A stretch of DNA of 64,000 nucleotides from Tricharina praecox (lineage: Eukaryota). How positions within the stretch are numbered: the stretch's first letter is position 1; each line of letters opens with the position of its first letter. Of this stretch, positions 11,823 through 22,882 are shown piece after piece. The position numbers and the translations under genes are program-made. The notes under the pieces are model-generated. The model did not search any database and had not been told where the DNA came from. It saw only the letters and a list, made by a program, of their open reading frames with translations. The stretch spans positions 2,108,001-2,172,000 of the forward strand of contig NW_026250404.1 in NCBI RefSeq assembly GCF_024521635.1, written 5' to 3'.

Positions 11823-12425
11823 ATGAACTCCTTCACACGCGCCCTGCGCCAATCTCTCTCCCGGCCGACCACAAGCCTCCAGAAGAGCTTCGTCCGCCAT
11901 GAATCCTCGTCGCGACGACACACCAAAAAGCTCCGGCTGCACCCCCACCCCTCGATGAAGCTCACCGCCGACTCCCCACGAACCTCGCACGTCATCTACA
12001 ACCCCCCCTCGTCGGCGCCCACGCCTCTCATCACCCCGACGATATTCCTGCCGAAGGACGATTCAAGACGCGAACTTCTCGCTGCTGCCCCGAAGCCCGC
12101 CGCTGCCGCCGATGCCGCCGCGAACCTCCCGCCACCAGTGCGACAGCCGTACGAGAAAACCTATCATCTGACTGAAGAGGATTTCGCGGAGATCAGAAGG
12201 CTTAGGGCGGTAGATCCCGTGAAGAATAACAGGACTGCTTTGGCGAAGCAGTTCGATTGCTCAACGCTGTTCATTGGAATGGTCTGCCAGGCGACCGAGG
12301 GTAGGATCAAGCAGATGAAGGCGAGGGATGAGGGAGTCAAGAACAGATGGGGTACCAAGAGGTCCACGGCTAGAGAGGACAGGCAGAGGCGGCGGGCTGG
12401 ATGGGGTGGTGCCGACGGTCTGTAA
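11823..12425 (+). CDS. MRPL20: Mitochondrial large ribosomal subunit protein mL58 (MRP-L20 family)
   Basis: Arg/Ser-rich presequence; motifs YNPPSSAP.P..TP.IFLP.DD.RR and LPPPVR..YEKTYHLT.EDF.EIRRLR..DP..R..LAKQF.CS.LFI. Confidence 0.85.
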   Translation: MNSFTRALRQSLSRPTTSLQKSFVRHESSSRRHTKKLRLHPHPSMKLTADSPRTSHVIYNPPSSAPTPLITPTIFLPKDDSRRELLAAAPKPAAAADAAANLPPPVRQPYEKTYHLTEEDFAEIRRLRAVDPVKNNRTALAKQFDCSTLFIGMVCQATEGRIKQMKARDEGVKNRWGTKRSTAREDRQRRRAGWGGADGL

Positions 12426-12883
12426 GGGGGCGGGACGTCCACGCGGCGGGGAAGGTTTGGAGGGGTTCCTTCGAAGTTCGAACGGCTGTACAGTACAATA
12501 CTTCCAACATGAACCTCAAACCGCACTGTTTGACTGCGGAATCGCATGTAGATATCCGTGACCATTACATGTACCATACATGGGCTGTAGCGGATGCAGA
12601 AATTCCCACTTTGGAAACGGCCGGAGCCGGTGATAAGCGTCCACCACAAAAGCGCCAAGGCGTAGGCAACCCCTCCTAGGTGCTGCGCGTGTTACGCTGC
12701 CCCACCAAGCTCCCCATGCGTCTCTGTTTCCCTCTCTCTCCTCTTCGCACCCAGATCTCCATCAAACCTTCTCCAGTGCGAGCACTATATTCCTCGTTCT
12801 GCCCAGCACTACCAACCCACAAACGACCGTTCATCGCGAAGCAACATTTCAGAAACTACATAGTCACCAATCGATCATCGAAG

Positions 12884-14629
12884 ATGGCTCCTCAACTCGA
12901 TGGCTTCTTCAAGCAGTAAGTTTCCAGCCTCTGCGTGCAGAACTGAGGCCTAACGTAGTACAGGGTAGATGACATGGCCGAATCCTTCATCAAGCGTAGA
13001 CAACCCATCCACACATCTAGATGCATTCCACCTGACTCCTCCCCGCAGGTCTTGCTGACGCTGTCGCCATCCCGTCTGTCTCAGCCGACCCCGAGCTCCG
13101 CCCGGAGGTTGTCCGCATGGGCAAGTTCCTCGAGAAGGAACTGAAGGCTCTGGGCGCAACCGTTGAGCTCCGCGAGCTCGGAAAGCAGCCCGACATTCCG
13201 CATCTGGACCTTCCTCCCGTCATCTTGGGCCGATACGGTAGCGATCCCAAGAAGAGGACTATCCTCGTGTACGGTCACTACGACGTGCAGCCAGCGCTGA
13301 AAGAGGACGGATGGAATACTGAGCCGTTTGTGTTGAGCGTTGACGAGAAGACCGGACGCATGTTTGGACGGGGGAGTACCGATGACAAAGGCCCTGTGTG
13401 AGTGATATCCTGTTTAACGGAGTGAATGTGTGTGCTAATGAGTGTTTATTAGGCTGGGATGGATTAATGCGATCGAGGCGCATCAGAAGTGAGTCTTGAT
13501 AGAGGAGGCCCTTTCCATACAGCAATGTTCTGACTCGGGTACAGGGCTGGCATCGATTTCCCGGTGAACCTGTTAATGTGCTTCGAGGGTATGGAGGAGT
13601 ACGGATCCGAGGGGCTCGACGATCTGATCAAAGAGGAGGCCAGCAAGTTTTTCAAGGAGGCCGATGCCGTGTGCATATCCGACAACTAGTAATCGCTCCC
13701 CCTTCGCTCCCGCTCTTCCCACCATTAACGATTTCCCAGCTGGCTCGGAACCGAGAAGCCCTGTCTCACATACGGCCTTCGCGGCTGCTCCTACTACAAG
13801 ATTAACATCTCCGGGCCTGGTGCAGACCTTCATTCGGGAGTCTTTGGTGGAACTGTCACCGAGCCGATGACGGATCTTGTCAGTCTCCTGGGCACACTGG
13901 TTGACAACAAGGGCAAGATCTTGATCGACGGACTCGACAAGCTTGTTGCTCCGCTCACCGAGGAGGAGAAGGCGTTGTTTCCCGGCATCGCTTTCACCAT
14001 GGACGATATCTATGAGTCCCTTGGCTCCAAGACCACCATCTATGACAACACCGAGCAAATCCTCATGGCCAGGTACTTTACCTCCTTCCTCTGCAAGTGT
14101 TCAAAGGCTAACCATGCAAAGATGGCGCTACCCCTCCCTCTCCATCCACGGAATAGAAGGTGCATTCTCCGGCACGGGAGCAAAGACCGTTATCCCAGCG
14201 TCGGTCTCGGGCAAATTCTCGATCCGCACAGTGCCCAACATGGAGCTGTCGGATGTTGACGACCTGGTATTCGCGCACCTCGACCGGGAGTGGGCCAAGC
14301 TCGGCAGTAACAACACCATCAAGCGCGAGCTCATGCACGCCGGAAAGTGGTGGGTCGCTTCGCCCAAGCACTGGAACTTCTCTGCCGCCAGCAAGGCCGT
14401 GCAGAGCGTTTTCAACACCGAGCCCGATTTCACGCGCGAGGGTGGCAGTATTCCGGTCACCCTCACGTTCGAGCAGGCCACTGGGAAGAACGTACTGCTC
14501 CTGCCCATGGGAAGCTCGACCGACGGCGCCCACTCCATCAATGAAAAACTCGATAAGAGGAACTACATCGAGGGAACTAAGCTGCTCGGTGCCTACTTGC
14601 ATTATGCCGCTTGTGAGCCACAGGTTTAG
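12884..14629 (+). CDS. DUG1: Cys-Gly metallodipeptidase (peptidase M20, CNDP2 homologue); multi-exon
   Basis: [11 protein letters not shown] start; motifs [71 protein letters not shown]. Confidence 0.95.
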
Positions 14630-14916
14630 AAAACGGCGAGGAAATCGATGGACTGCACGCTGCTGTAGTGGTTTTTGTTTCTTCAATGACTGCATGCGAA
14701 TGACGGATTGTGATTGTAATGAACTATTCGCTTTTGTGCTCTATGTACCATGCCCGGTGATTGAAATGAAGTGACCACAACTAGCTGGGTAAACACATGA
14801 CGCAGATTAAAGTGCGAGCAATATTCACAGCCCCAATTCCAATATGTGGAATCATCAACACTGTACAGAACGAAACTCCGATCCTAACTAGCCTTCCCTC
14901 CTTCGCCAATCCAGAC

Positions 14917-16269
14917 TCAATCGCTATCCGAGTCACTATCCTCACTGCTGCTGCTGTCCTCACTGCTCTCCACAACGTTCGCCTTCGCCGGCACCTCCGC
15001 CTCCACTTTCTCCACCTCCGCCTCATCATCACTCTCATCGCCCGCCAAATCCCTCCTTCCCAGCGCCTTCGCCACCAATTTCGCCCTAACCACGCCCTCC
15101 CTCTTCGCCGCCTCGCCCACCCCAGCTTCATTAAGTATCTTCTTAACCTCAACCAGCAGTCTATCCCTCGCACCCACGCCCTGGAGGCCGGCTACATACG
15201 CGGCGAGCGCGGCATCGCTGCTGGCGGGGATCATGGCAACGTCCAGGGCGTTCCGGAGCACCCAGTTCTGCTTTGACTTCTCGAACTTCCAGAGTGATCG
15301 GTGCAGGTGGAAGTTGCTGAGGTAGTGTAAATAAGGCAAGATGGAGCCGTTGCTGTTCGAGCCGCCGTGTTTGGGTTTGGATTTAGATTTCGCGCTGGGG
15401 GCCGAGGCGGGGGCGGTGGGGGGTGTGCTAGTGGGAGTAGTGGTGGTGGCGGCGGCGGCGGCGGCGGGAGAGGGCGCGGGCGCGATGTTCTCTTTCTCTT
15501 TCTCCGCCTCGGCCGCCTCCGCCGCCGGCTCCTCGGCGATAGGTGCGGGTGCGGGAGTGGCAGTAGCAGTAGCAGTAGCGGCGGTAAGAGTCGCCTTCGC
15601 GGGCGTAATCCCGCCCCGCGTGCGGTTCTTGCCGAACGGGTCCAGCGCAAGGTATAGCTGCTTTATGCTGTCGCCGTCGGTGGCCTTGACGTCGGGCGCG
15701 AAGGTTACGGATTTCCGGCGCGATGATGTGGGCGGAGTGGGCATCGGGGATGCGGCCGCGGCGAGTTTCTTTTTGAGGAGGGATTTGGTCGGTGATGGGA
15801 GGGGGGTGGGAAGGTTGGTGGAAGTGGGCTCAGGGGTGGCGAGGATGGTGGGAGTGGGAGTGGTGGATGTGGTGGGATCGCCGGCGGTGATGGCGGTGGT
15901 GCTGGTGGCGGAAGGATCGGTGCTGGTGGAGGATTTGCTCTTCTTGCTTTTCTTGTCCTTCTTTTCTTTCTTTTCCTTCTTGTCGGTTTTATCTCTCTTC
16001 TCCTTCTTGGCCTTCTTCACGGTCTTTTCGTCTGCGTCCTGGCGCTGGTCCTGGTCCTGCTCTTGGGTATCTTCGTTCTTCCTCTTCTCCTTCTTTTCCT
16101 TCTTTTCCTTCTTTTCCTTCTTTTCCTTCTTTTCCTTCTTTTCCTTCTTCTCCTTCTTACTCCTCTTCACCTTCTTCGGCTCCTCCTCAACGACATCGTC
16201 GTCCTCCAGCTTCCGCTTCCTCGAAACCTTCTTCTCGGCAGTGATATTCATCACTGTATCCTCGGCCAT
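14917..16269 (-). CDS. WKF-domain, Lys/Glu-rich probable nucleolar protein (YCR016W-like)
   Basis: 450-aa ORF with (KKE)n repeats and C-terminal YLHYL..F..WKFEKSKQNWVLRN..YVAGLQG.GARDRL (WKF signature). Confidence 0.85.
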   Translation of the reverse strand: MAEDTVMNITAEKKVSRKRKLEDDDVVEEEPKKVKRSKKEKKEKKEKKEKKEKKEKKEKKEKRKNEDTQEQDQDQRQDADEKTVKKAKKEKRDKTDKKEKKEKKDKKSKKSKSSTSTDPSATSTTAITAGDPTTSTTPTPTILATPEPTSTNLPTPLPSPTKSLLKKKLAAAASPMPTPPTSSRRKSVTFAPDVKATDGDSIKQLYLALDPFGKNRTRGGITPAKATLTAATATATATPAPAPIAEEPAAEAAEAEKEKENIAPAPSPAAAAAATTTTPTSTPPTAPASAPSAKSKSKPKHGGSNSNGSILPYLHYLSNFHLHRSLWKFEKSKQNWVLRNALDVAMIPASSDAALAAYVAGLQGVGARDRLLVEVKKILNEAGVGEAAKREGVVRAKLVAKALGRRDLAGDESDDEAEVEKVEAEVPAKANVVESSEDSSSSEDSDSDSD

Positions 16270-17542
16270 ATCCTATGCGTGTCTGTGAGTGTGTGTGTGA
16301 GTGCTGGGTCGATTCCTTTGTGCCTGTGCCTGTCTCTGTCTCGGGGCGGTGAGGGGTGTAGAGAACTGTGTGGGGAGAAAGTTGGGTATCGCGCGGGCAA
16401 AGAAATAAAAAAAACCGCCAGTTTTTTTTTCTCAGCCGCACCCTGAGGCGCGCTAGTTAACTAACGGGGAGTTGAAAGTTCGCTCTCTCTCGGCCGATCA
16501 CTCGAGTGATGCGAAGTGATTCGTAGACGAGAAATGTAGAAATGTCTCGCGTGAGTGGTGTTCCTGCGTCGATGGGGTGAGATGGGTGCTTGTATGTAGG
16601 CAGGGCGGGTGGGACGGTGGGGTATTTTGAATGGGGTGCGCAGACCGGTGGTATCATACTCTATCTGGTTCCTGCGGTTCTGCACACTGGCCAGACTCGG
16701 GGTTACGAAAGCTCATACATCACCAACGCAGCCCTTGGCAGTATAGTTCCCTGAGACTCGCTCACTTTTCTACAGGTGCGGCTTTATACCCTATTTGGGC
16801 TTCGCCACTTCGGTGATCCCCCTCAACATGTCGTTGGCGTTGTCTGTGGTACAATAGAGCCCTGGAGACTGCATCGTCTCCAGCCGGCAGCTGTTCGGGC
16901 CACAAAGTAACCTTCTGCTGCTCGTGAAGAAAGTTACAGTTATGGAAGCCTGTTTGAATAGGAATACGAAGAGACTGAATCAGCACAATAATACTGGGTT
17001 TCGCAGCGTAGATGTTACGCAACCATAGTCAAGTGGATTTGTGGTGACGATACTCCGTTAACTTTTAAGCTCCTGCGATCAATACCGTCAAACTGGCAGC
17101 TGCTGATGTATATGAGGCAGGTATGCTACATACGTCGGGGTTTCTGATGGGCAGCTGGTATGGATACCGGTATAACGCTGCACGGGCGTTTAGTGGAGGA
17201 TATTTGCCCTAGGTAATCCAAGATCGGCGGTGTTTATGACGGGAATGAGAGATTGGGTTAAAGGGGTTTACAATGGACGAGGAAGCTTCTCATTGATATG
17301 GTGATAACACACACTCGGCCCACAAGTTGAGTTGTCAGCTTATGTAACTATACGCGCTTCTGCGCATGCGCTCCCAGGCCCAAAAAGAAACCCGAGCCGT
17401 TGGTTGCAGCCTGCATGACTTGGCACAACGCGTGCCGTTACATACCGTAGCTCTATATACTCTAACTACTCGACACGCAAAACCCAAACCACGAACGACA
17501 CCTTACTCTAACTCCACCACCACCAGCACCACCAGCAACAAG

Positions 17543-19085
17543 ATGTCGGACCACACCTCGCAGCCGCAGCCCCAAGTTCCGCAATTCCTTTCGGTCTCTG
17601 GAAAGTCGCTGCCGGGGCTTTTGGAGGCACAGACGGTGCTTGGTACGGATCTCCGAGAAATGCGAGAAATGGAATAGCTTTTGATTTACCGGGCGAATAC
17701 TAGGAAAATGCCGCGACATCGCCGACTTTGAGAAACTGAACCGGTTGGGTGAAGGGAGTAAGTAGCCGTCTCTCCACACCCTTTCTGCTCTCACAGGTGT
17801 TGACAATTCACAGCCTACGGTGTCGTCCACCGCTCCCTCGACAGTCTCACCAACCGCATCGTCGCGCTCAAGCAAGTCCGCATCTTCGATTCCGACCGCG
17901 GCAACGGGATCCCGATCACGGCGCTTCGCGAGATTTCGATTCTCAAGTCGCTACGGCACACGAACATCATCAGTGTCCTGGACGTGGCGGTCAGCACGAA
18001 GGATCTGGATGACGTCTATATGGTCGAGGAGTATGCGGAGCAGGTGGGTACCCCGGGAGGACGTGTGGGTTGTGGAAAGAACTGGGACGCATCGTCGCTG
18101 GCTTTCCTTGCCCGCTGTTAGGTGTTAAGGACTTGGCGAATTTGCTGGACCATGCGAAAGTGAGGTTTTCGGAAAGTGAGGGTATGTGCTCTGTCCCTAC
18201 CTGTCCTAGCTATTTTGCTTGGATGATGTACCGACGAGAGGGTGGACGGACAGTCAAGTGCCTCATGAAGCAACTCCTCGAAGGAATGGAATATCTCCAT
18301 CGTCACGACATAATCCACCGGTTCGTACACAACCCCCGTTCAACATGGTTAGTGGTACCCACTAATATCACCACCACCAGCGACATCAAAATGTCCAACC
18401 TCCTCCTGACGCGCACCGGCATCCTCAAACTCGGTTTGTCCCTCCTCCTCTCCCCTCCGCCTAGCTAACCTTCCCAGCCGACTTCGGCCTCGCCAGGGAA
18501 TGGTCCTCGCGGCCGCTCACCCCAGGCGTAGTAACGGTGTGGTACCGCAGTCCGGAGCTGCTCCTGTCGGCCACGCGTTACACAAGCTCGGTGGACCTCT
18601 GGGCCGCCGGCTGCATAATGGGCGAGCTGCTGACCTCCGCGCCGCTGCTCCCCGGCGAAACCGAGCTGCAGCAATGGCACCTAATCTGCTCTCTCCTGGG
18701 CGCGCCCAGCGTGCGAATCTGGCCGCGCATGCCGTCGCTCCCCGGGCTCCCACCGAACCACACGCCGCCGCCGCTGCCGCGCAACACCGTCAACCTTCTG
18801 GAAAAGAAGCTGCACGGCCAGAAGCGCGAGTGCATCAACCTGGTCAACGAGCTCCTCACCTACGATCCCGACATGCGCCCATCCGCGCCGCGCGCCCTGA
18901 GACATGCCTACTTCACGCGCGAGCAGCCTGCAGCGTGTAAGCCCGAGATGGTACAGACTTTTCCCGAGATCAGGAATGAGGAGGTTAAGCGCACCGTCGA
19001 AATGAAGCGTGGCAATGAGGGCCCGGGTGGTTACGTCTTTGACTTTGGCGAGGGCGAGGGCGAGAGGAAACGGCGGAAGAGGTAG
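17543..19085 (+). CDS. CMGC cyclin-dependent kinase, CDK10/CDK11-like; 7 exons
   Basis: Spliced: GKCRDIADFEKLNRLGEGTYGVV..VALKQV..GIPITALREI..IIHRDIKMSNLL..ADFGLARE..LTPGVVTVWYRSPELLL..PAACKPEMVQTFPEIRN. Confidence 0.9.
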
Positions 19086-19107
19086 TACTTACCTTCATAG
19101 GTGGGGG

Positions 19108-19203
19108 AAGGAAAGGAGGGAAGGGAAGGGAAGGGAAGGGAAGGGAAGGGAAGGGAAGGGAAGGGAAGGGAAGGGAAGGGAAGGGAAGTGAAGGGAAGGG
19201 AGG
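19108..19203 (+). repeat. (GGGAA)n microsatellite
   Basis: Direct reading; lies just 3' of the kinase stop. Confidence 0.95.
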
Positions 19204-20460
19204 GAGTAGATGAGATGCTATGTGATAAATGCTCTGTTCTGGTGCAACTTGCCATTCTCGCTGAAGAAGGAAACCCGCGCATTGTGAAGCCAAGTAAATA
19301 ATAAAAAGTGAAGTAAATACACAGCCTCCATCCATCCATCCATCCATCTTCCCATCCACACCGCACATCACTCAGCTCCAGCACCAACCTCCAGATAGAC
19401 GAAAAGAAAACCCCCAACCCATCCAACCCATCCGCCCAACTAACCAACCCACCAATAACCAGCAAGCAAGCAACAACTGAGCTTCATTCAAAGCCAACAA
19501 AGAAAATGAAATGGAAAGAAAAAAAAAGAACAGAACAGAACACTGTGGCGCTATATACCCGTTGCGCCATGGCCGGACAAATAAAACACTCCCCCCCTCC
19601 CGGTTCCCGTCCCCGTCATCCTCCTCTTCTTCCCCCAATTCTCCGTCCAGACGACGACGTATTGACAAGAGCTCTCCTCCACCACCACCACCATATCCTC
19701 CTCCTCCTCCTCCCCCGCATTCTCCTCCTCTTACTGCTCCCACCACACTTAAGGCGAGACGCGCACTTGCATGTTCTTCCCGGCGAAGATTCGGATTCGG
19801 TTGTGATCCAGTGAAGACATGCAAGGGGGATGATTCTGCAAAGACAAAGATAAAAGAAAAAACAAAGCAACAAAAAAGCGACAAAAAAAACAAGGGGGAT
19901 GAAAAACGCAACAATAATAAGAATTGCAAAAACGAACGAAAATGAAAAGAATAAAAAGAAAAAGAAAAAGAGTTCCCACTAAAAAATTCTGTTATCAACG
20001 ATAAGATGTAAGAAGTTTTCTAAGCAAACAGCGTGCAAGCCAGCCAACTACCGTAGGTAAGGTACTTCCACCGACCAACCATCCCCCGCTCCAGCTATCC
20101 TATCTTATCCAGCTATCCATCCAATCCATCCATCCATCCAATCCATCCATCCATCCATCCATCCCACCTTACTGGCCAACCAGACCAACCCACTGGATAG
20201 TGACTTGGAAAAGAAGAAAAAAAAACGAAAGAAAGAAAGAAAAAAAGAGAAAAAAAAGCAAAGTCAAGCACTCAATAACACCGTTGACCCCCCCCCCCCC
20301 CCCCCCCAATTTTTAAAAATGCCACGTTTCAAGTCGTAAAATTCGTCACTTGCTGCACAATCCAAGGGGCCCGCCGTGGAAAAGAAAAAAAAGGGTTGGA
20401 GGTACATAGCGGAGGAGGGCGGAGGGCGGGATGGGAGGGAGCGAGGATGAGGGCGTGGGG

Positions 20461-22054
20461 CTACGAGAATCGCCGCTCCTGTTGTTGCTGCTGACGCATC
20501 ACACCGCTCATCATGCTCTGGTACGGCTGCATCATTCCAACGTGGCCGTAGTCTCCGCTTCCAGCCGCTAGGGTCGCTATGTCGAGCTGCACACCGTTGG
20601 CACGGGCAACCGGGCAATCCTTATGGGCAAGCAGTAACGTTTTGAGAGAGACGATCTCCTCTCGTAGTGACTGAACGGTGGCATTGAGGGCGTCGTTCTC
20701 AGTGCCGTACATTTCGACTTTGGCTTGGAGGTTCGCAAGCCATTGCTTCTTTCTTTGACGACACTTGAGTGCGGCAACACTATTATCGTTGCATGACGTC
20801 ATTAGTCATCATCGTCATTGTCTTCCAGGATGGGTGCTGCCACAGCTGCTATTCTTTTTTTTTGGATTGCGAGATCTGGGGGATCGAATTGAACATACCG
20901 ATTCCTTTCTAAGAAGTTCTTGCGCTTCTCCTCTTCAGTCATCTTCTTTCCATCCTTTCTAAGGTCGTTCTGTCCATCATCATCATAGTCCTCCATTTCT
21001 CCATCGTCACTCATGGCCTGAGTGCTCTTCGCCTTCTTAGCACTCTTACCGCCATCGGAGCCGGTGTCGATCTTTCGCTTGCTCGTGCTAGCACCCATTG
21101 TCTTTCCTCTCGAGTTCCTGCCACCCTTGCGCCCGGACTCGGGCTCTTCGCTCGAGTCGCTGCGCTGAGGGCTCATCTCACTGACAGCTCTCACGCCATT
21201 CGATACCACAGGATTCTGGGAAGCAGCGCGGCTTGCAGCTGAAGACGCGCTGTTCATGGCGGCTCTCTTCGCGAGGCTCGAGTCCATGCTATTAGTAGCG
21301 TTCGGAGGGATACCAGACGTCATATGCGGAGACTGGTAGGCATTGGGTGGGGCGCCCATCTGGGCCAAAAGGTATAGCCCATTGGCCGCATTGTGCGCGG
21401 GGTCGACGCCGTACGAGTCGGAGGTTTGTCGTGGCTTCGATTGATCGTGGTGATGGTTATCTTCGGATTTTAGCTCGGTGTGCGGAGGAAGTAAGGAAGG
21501 TTGTGAGTGTGTGGATTTTCGCGCAGCTGATAGAGCCGTCTTTTGAAACTCCATTGTACCTGGTGTCGAACCTCCAAATAAAAATTGTGATGTTGAGGGC
21601 GATGCTGCTGGGAACATAGAGCCAGATCCGCCTGGCGTAAGACCACTTCGGATGCCCGACTCGTTTGGGGTGAGACCTGTACGGAGAGTTTCGAATCCCA
21701 GAGGATTTGTAGGACCCTGGAGCATTGCAGGTGATAGAGGTCCCGAACGGAGTGAATTGGGACCCCAGTTGTAGCTGCCGGAACCGCCAAGAGCAGGAGA
21801 CGTCATAGCTGTGACTGGTGGCAGAATCGCTTTGGTAGCTAGCGGATCGGCACCGTTCGAGTTGCCGCCAGAGGCAAAGGACTGCTCAAACGGATTTGGT
21901 TCTTGATCAAGCCGGCTCGGACGCGGTAATGAAAAGTAGTCGGGGGTATTGACGAGTTGTACATCGCCCTGCGGTTGGGTGTTTTTCTGGGAATCCTGCT
22001 GGCCTCCATCGGGCTTCGACTCGGGCTGCTGTCCCGAAGGAGGCTGCAACGCGC

Positions 22055-22087
<33 letters not shown>

Positions 22088-22572
22088 GCGGTGGTGGCTG
22101 AACGGGTGGAATCGACGGGCGCGAGTCTAAAGAAGAGTAGTTATCAGAGTCGGATTCTTCAAGTCCGCCCGACAGAGCCACGGCAACGGTCAAGGTGGAT
22201 AGATGCGAGGAGGATCGTCAACGAGGCGAAACGTTGCCAGCTTCGCACCCCAAAAAATATGCTTCATGCGAGAGGTATCAAAAAGTCCCAACGGCATCGA
22301 CTGTGTCGCATAACGATGGGCAGATATAAATCGGCCAGCATGCGTGTTGCGCAGCGCGACATGAGAGCGCAAATATAGGTAGAGGGAGAAAGGAGCCAGC
22401 CGAATGGGAAGGAGGATGCTGCTGTTGGACTGGAGGGTAAGAGCATACCTTCGATCTTGATGGGATGCCTCTTGTTCTCGACGGGTGAGTTGGTTCCCAT
22501 CCTCGAAGCTGGATTCGACACACCTCCGGGCTGATGTTGCTGTTGTTGCATGGCCGACACCGCCGCTGACAT
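20461..22572 (-). CDS. atfA: bZIP transcription factor Atf1/AtfA; 3 exons
   Basis: Aft1 OSA (LDQEPNPFEQSF), HRA (NSLRSGPLSPAML) and HRR (RTGLTPNESGIRSGLTPGG) motifs; bZIP EEKRKNFLERNR/VAALKCRQRKKQWL..LLLAHKDCP. Predicted first intron 22448-22127. Confidence 0.95.
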
Positions 22573-22851
22573 AGCTAGGATGTTGAAGGTATGACGGCGC
22601 GCTGGGGAGGTATGACGAGTGTTGATGAAGGAAGGTGTGGGTAGGGACTACGGCGGCTGGAACTCTGTTGCAACAGAAAAGCGAGGGGACGCCAGTCGCA
22701 AAGCGTTAACGGGGGGAGATGGGATGACTACTCTGGGGGGCGGCGGCGACGGGTCCGGGCGGGAGGCGGGCAAAAGAAATCGACGTGCGACGAGCCGGCC
22801 TATCTACACGTGAACCAACAACAGACTGTCAGCACTCGAGACCAACCTCTT

Positions 22852-22882
<31 letters not shown>

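Noticed and set aside
15341..16288. 315-aa plus-strand ORF rich in F/S
   Set aside because: Antisense shadow of the KKE repeats in the WKF gene.
16780..16920. Minus-strand peptide YCTTDNANDML resembling the hAT transposase TTDNA motif
   Set aside because: A single short motif with no other hAT motifs or TIRs recognisable; could be chance.
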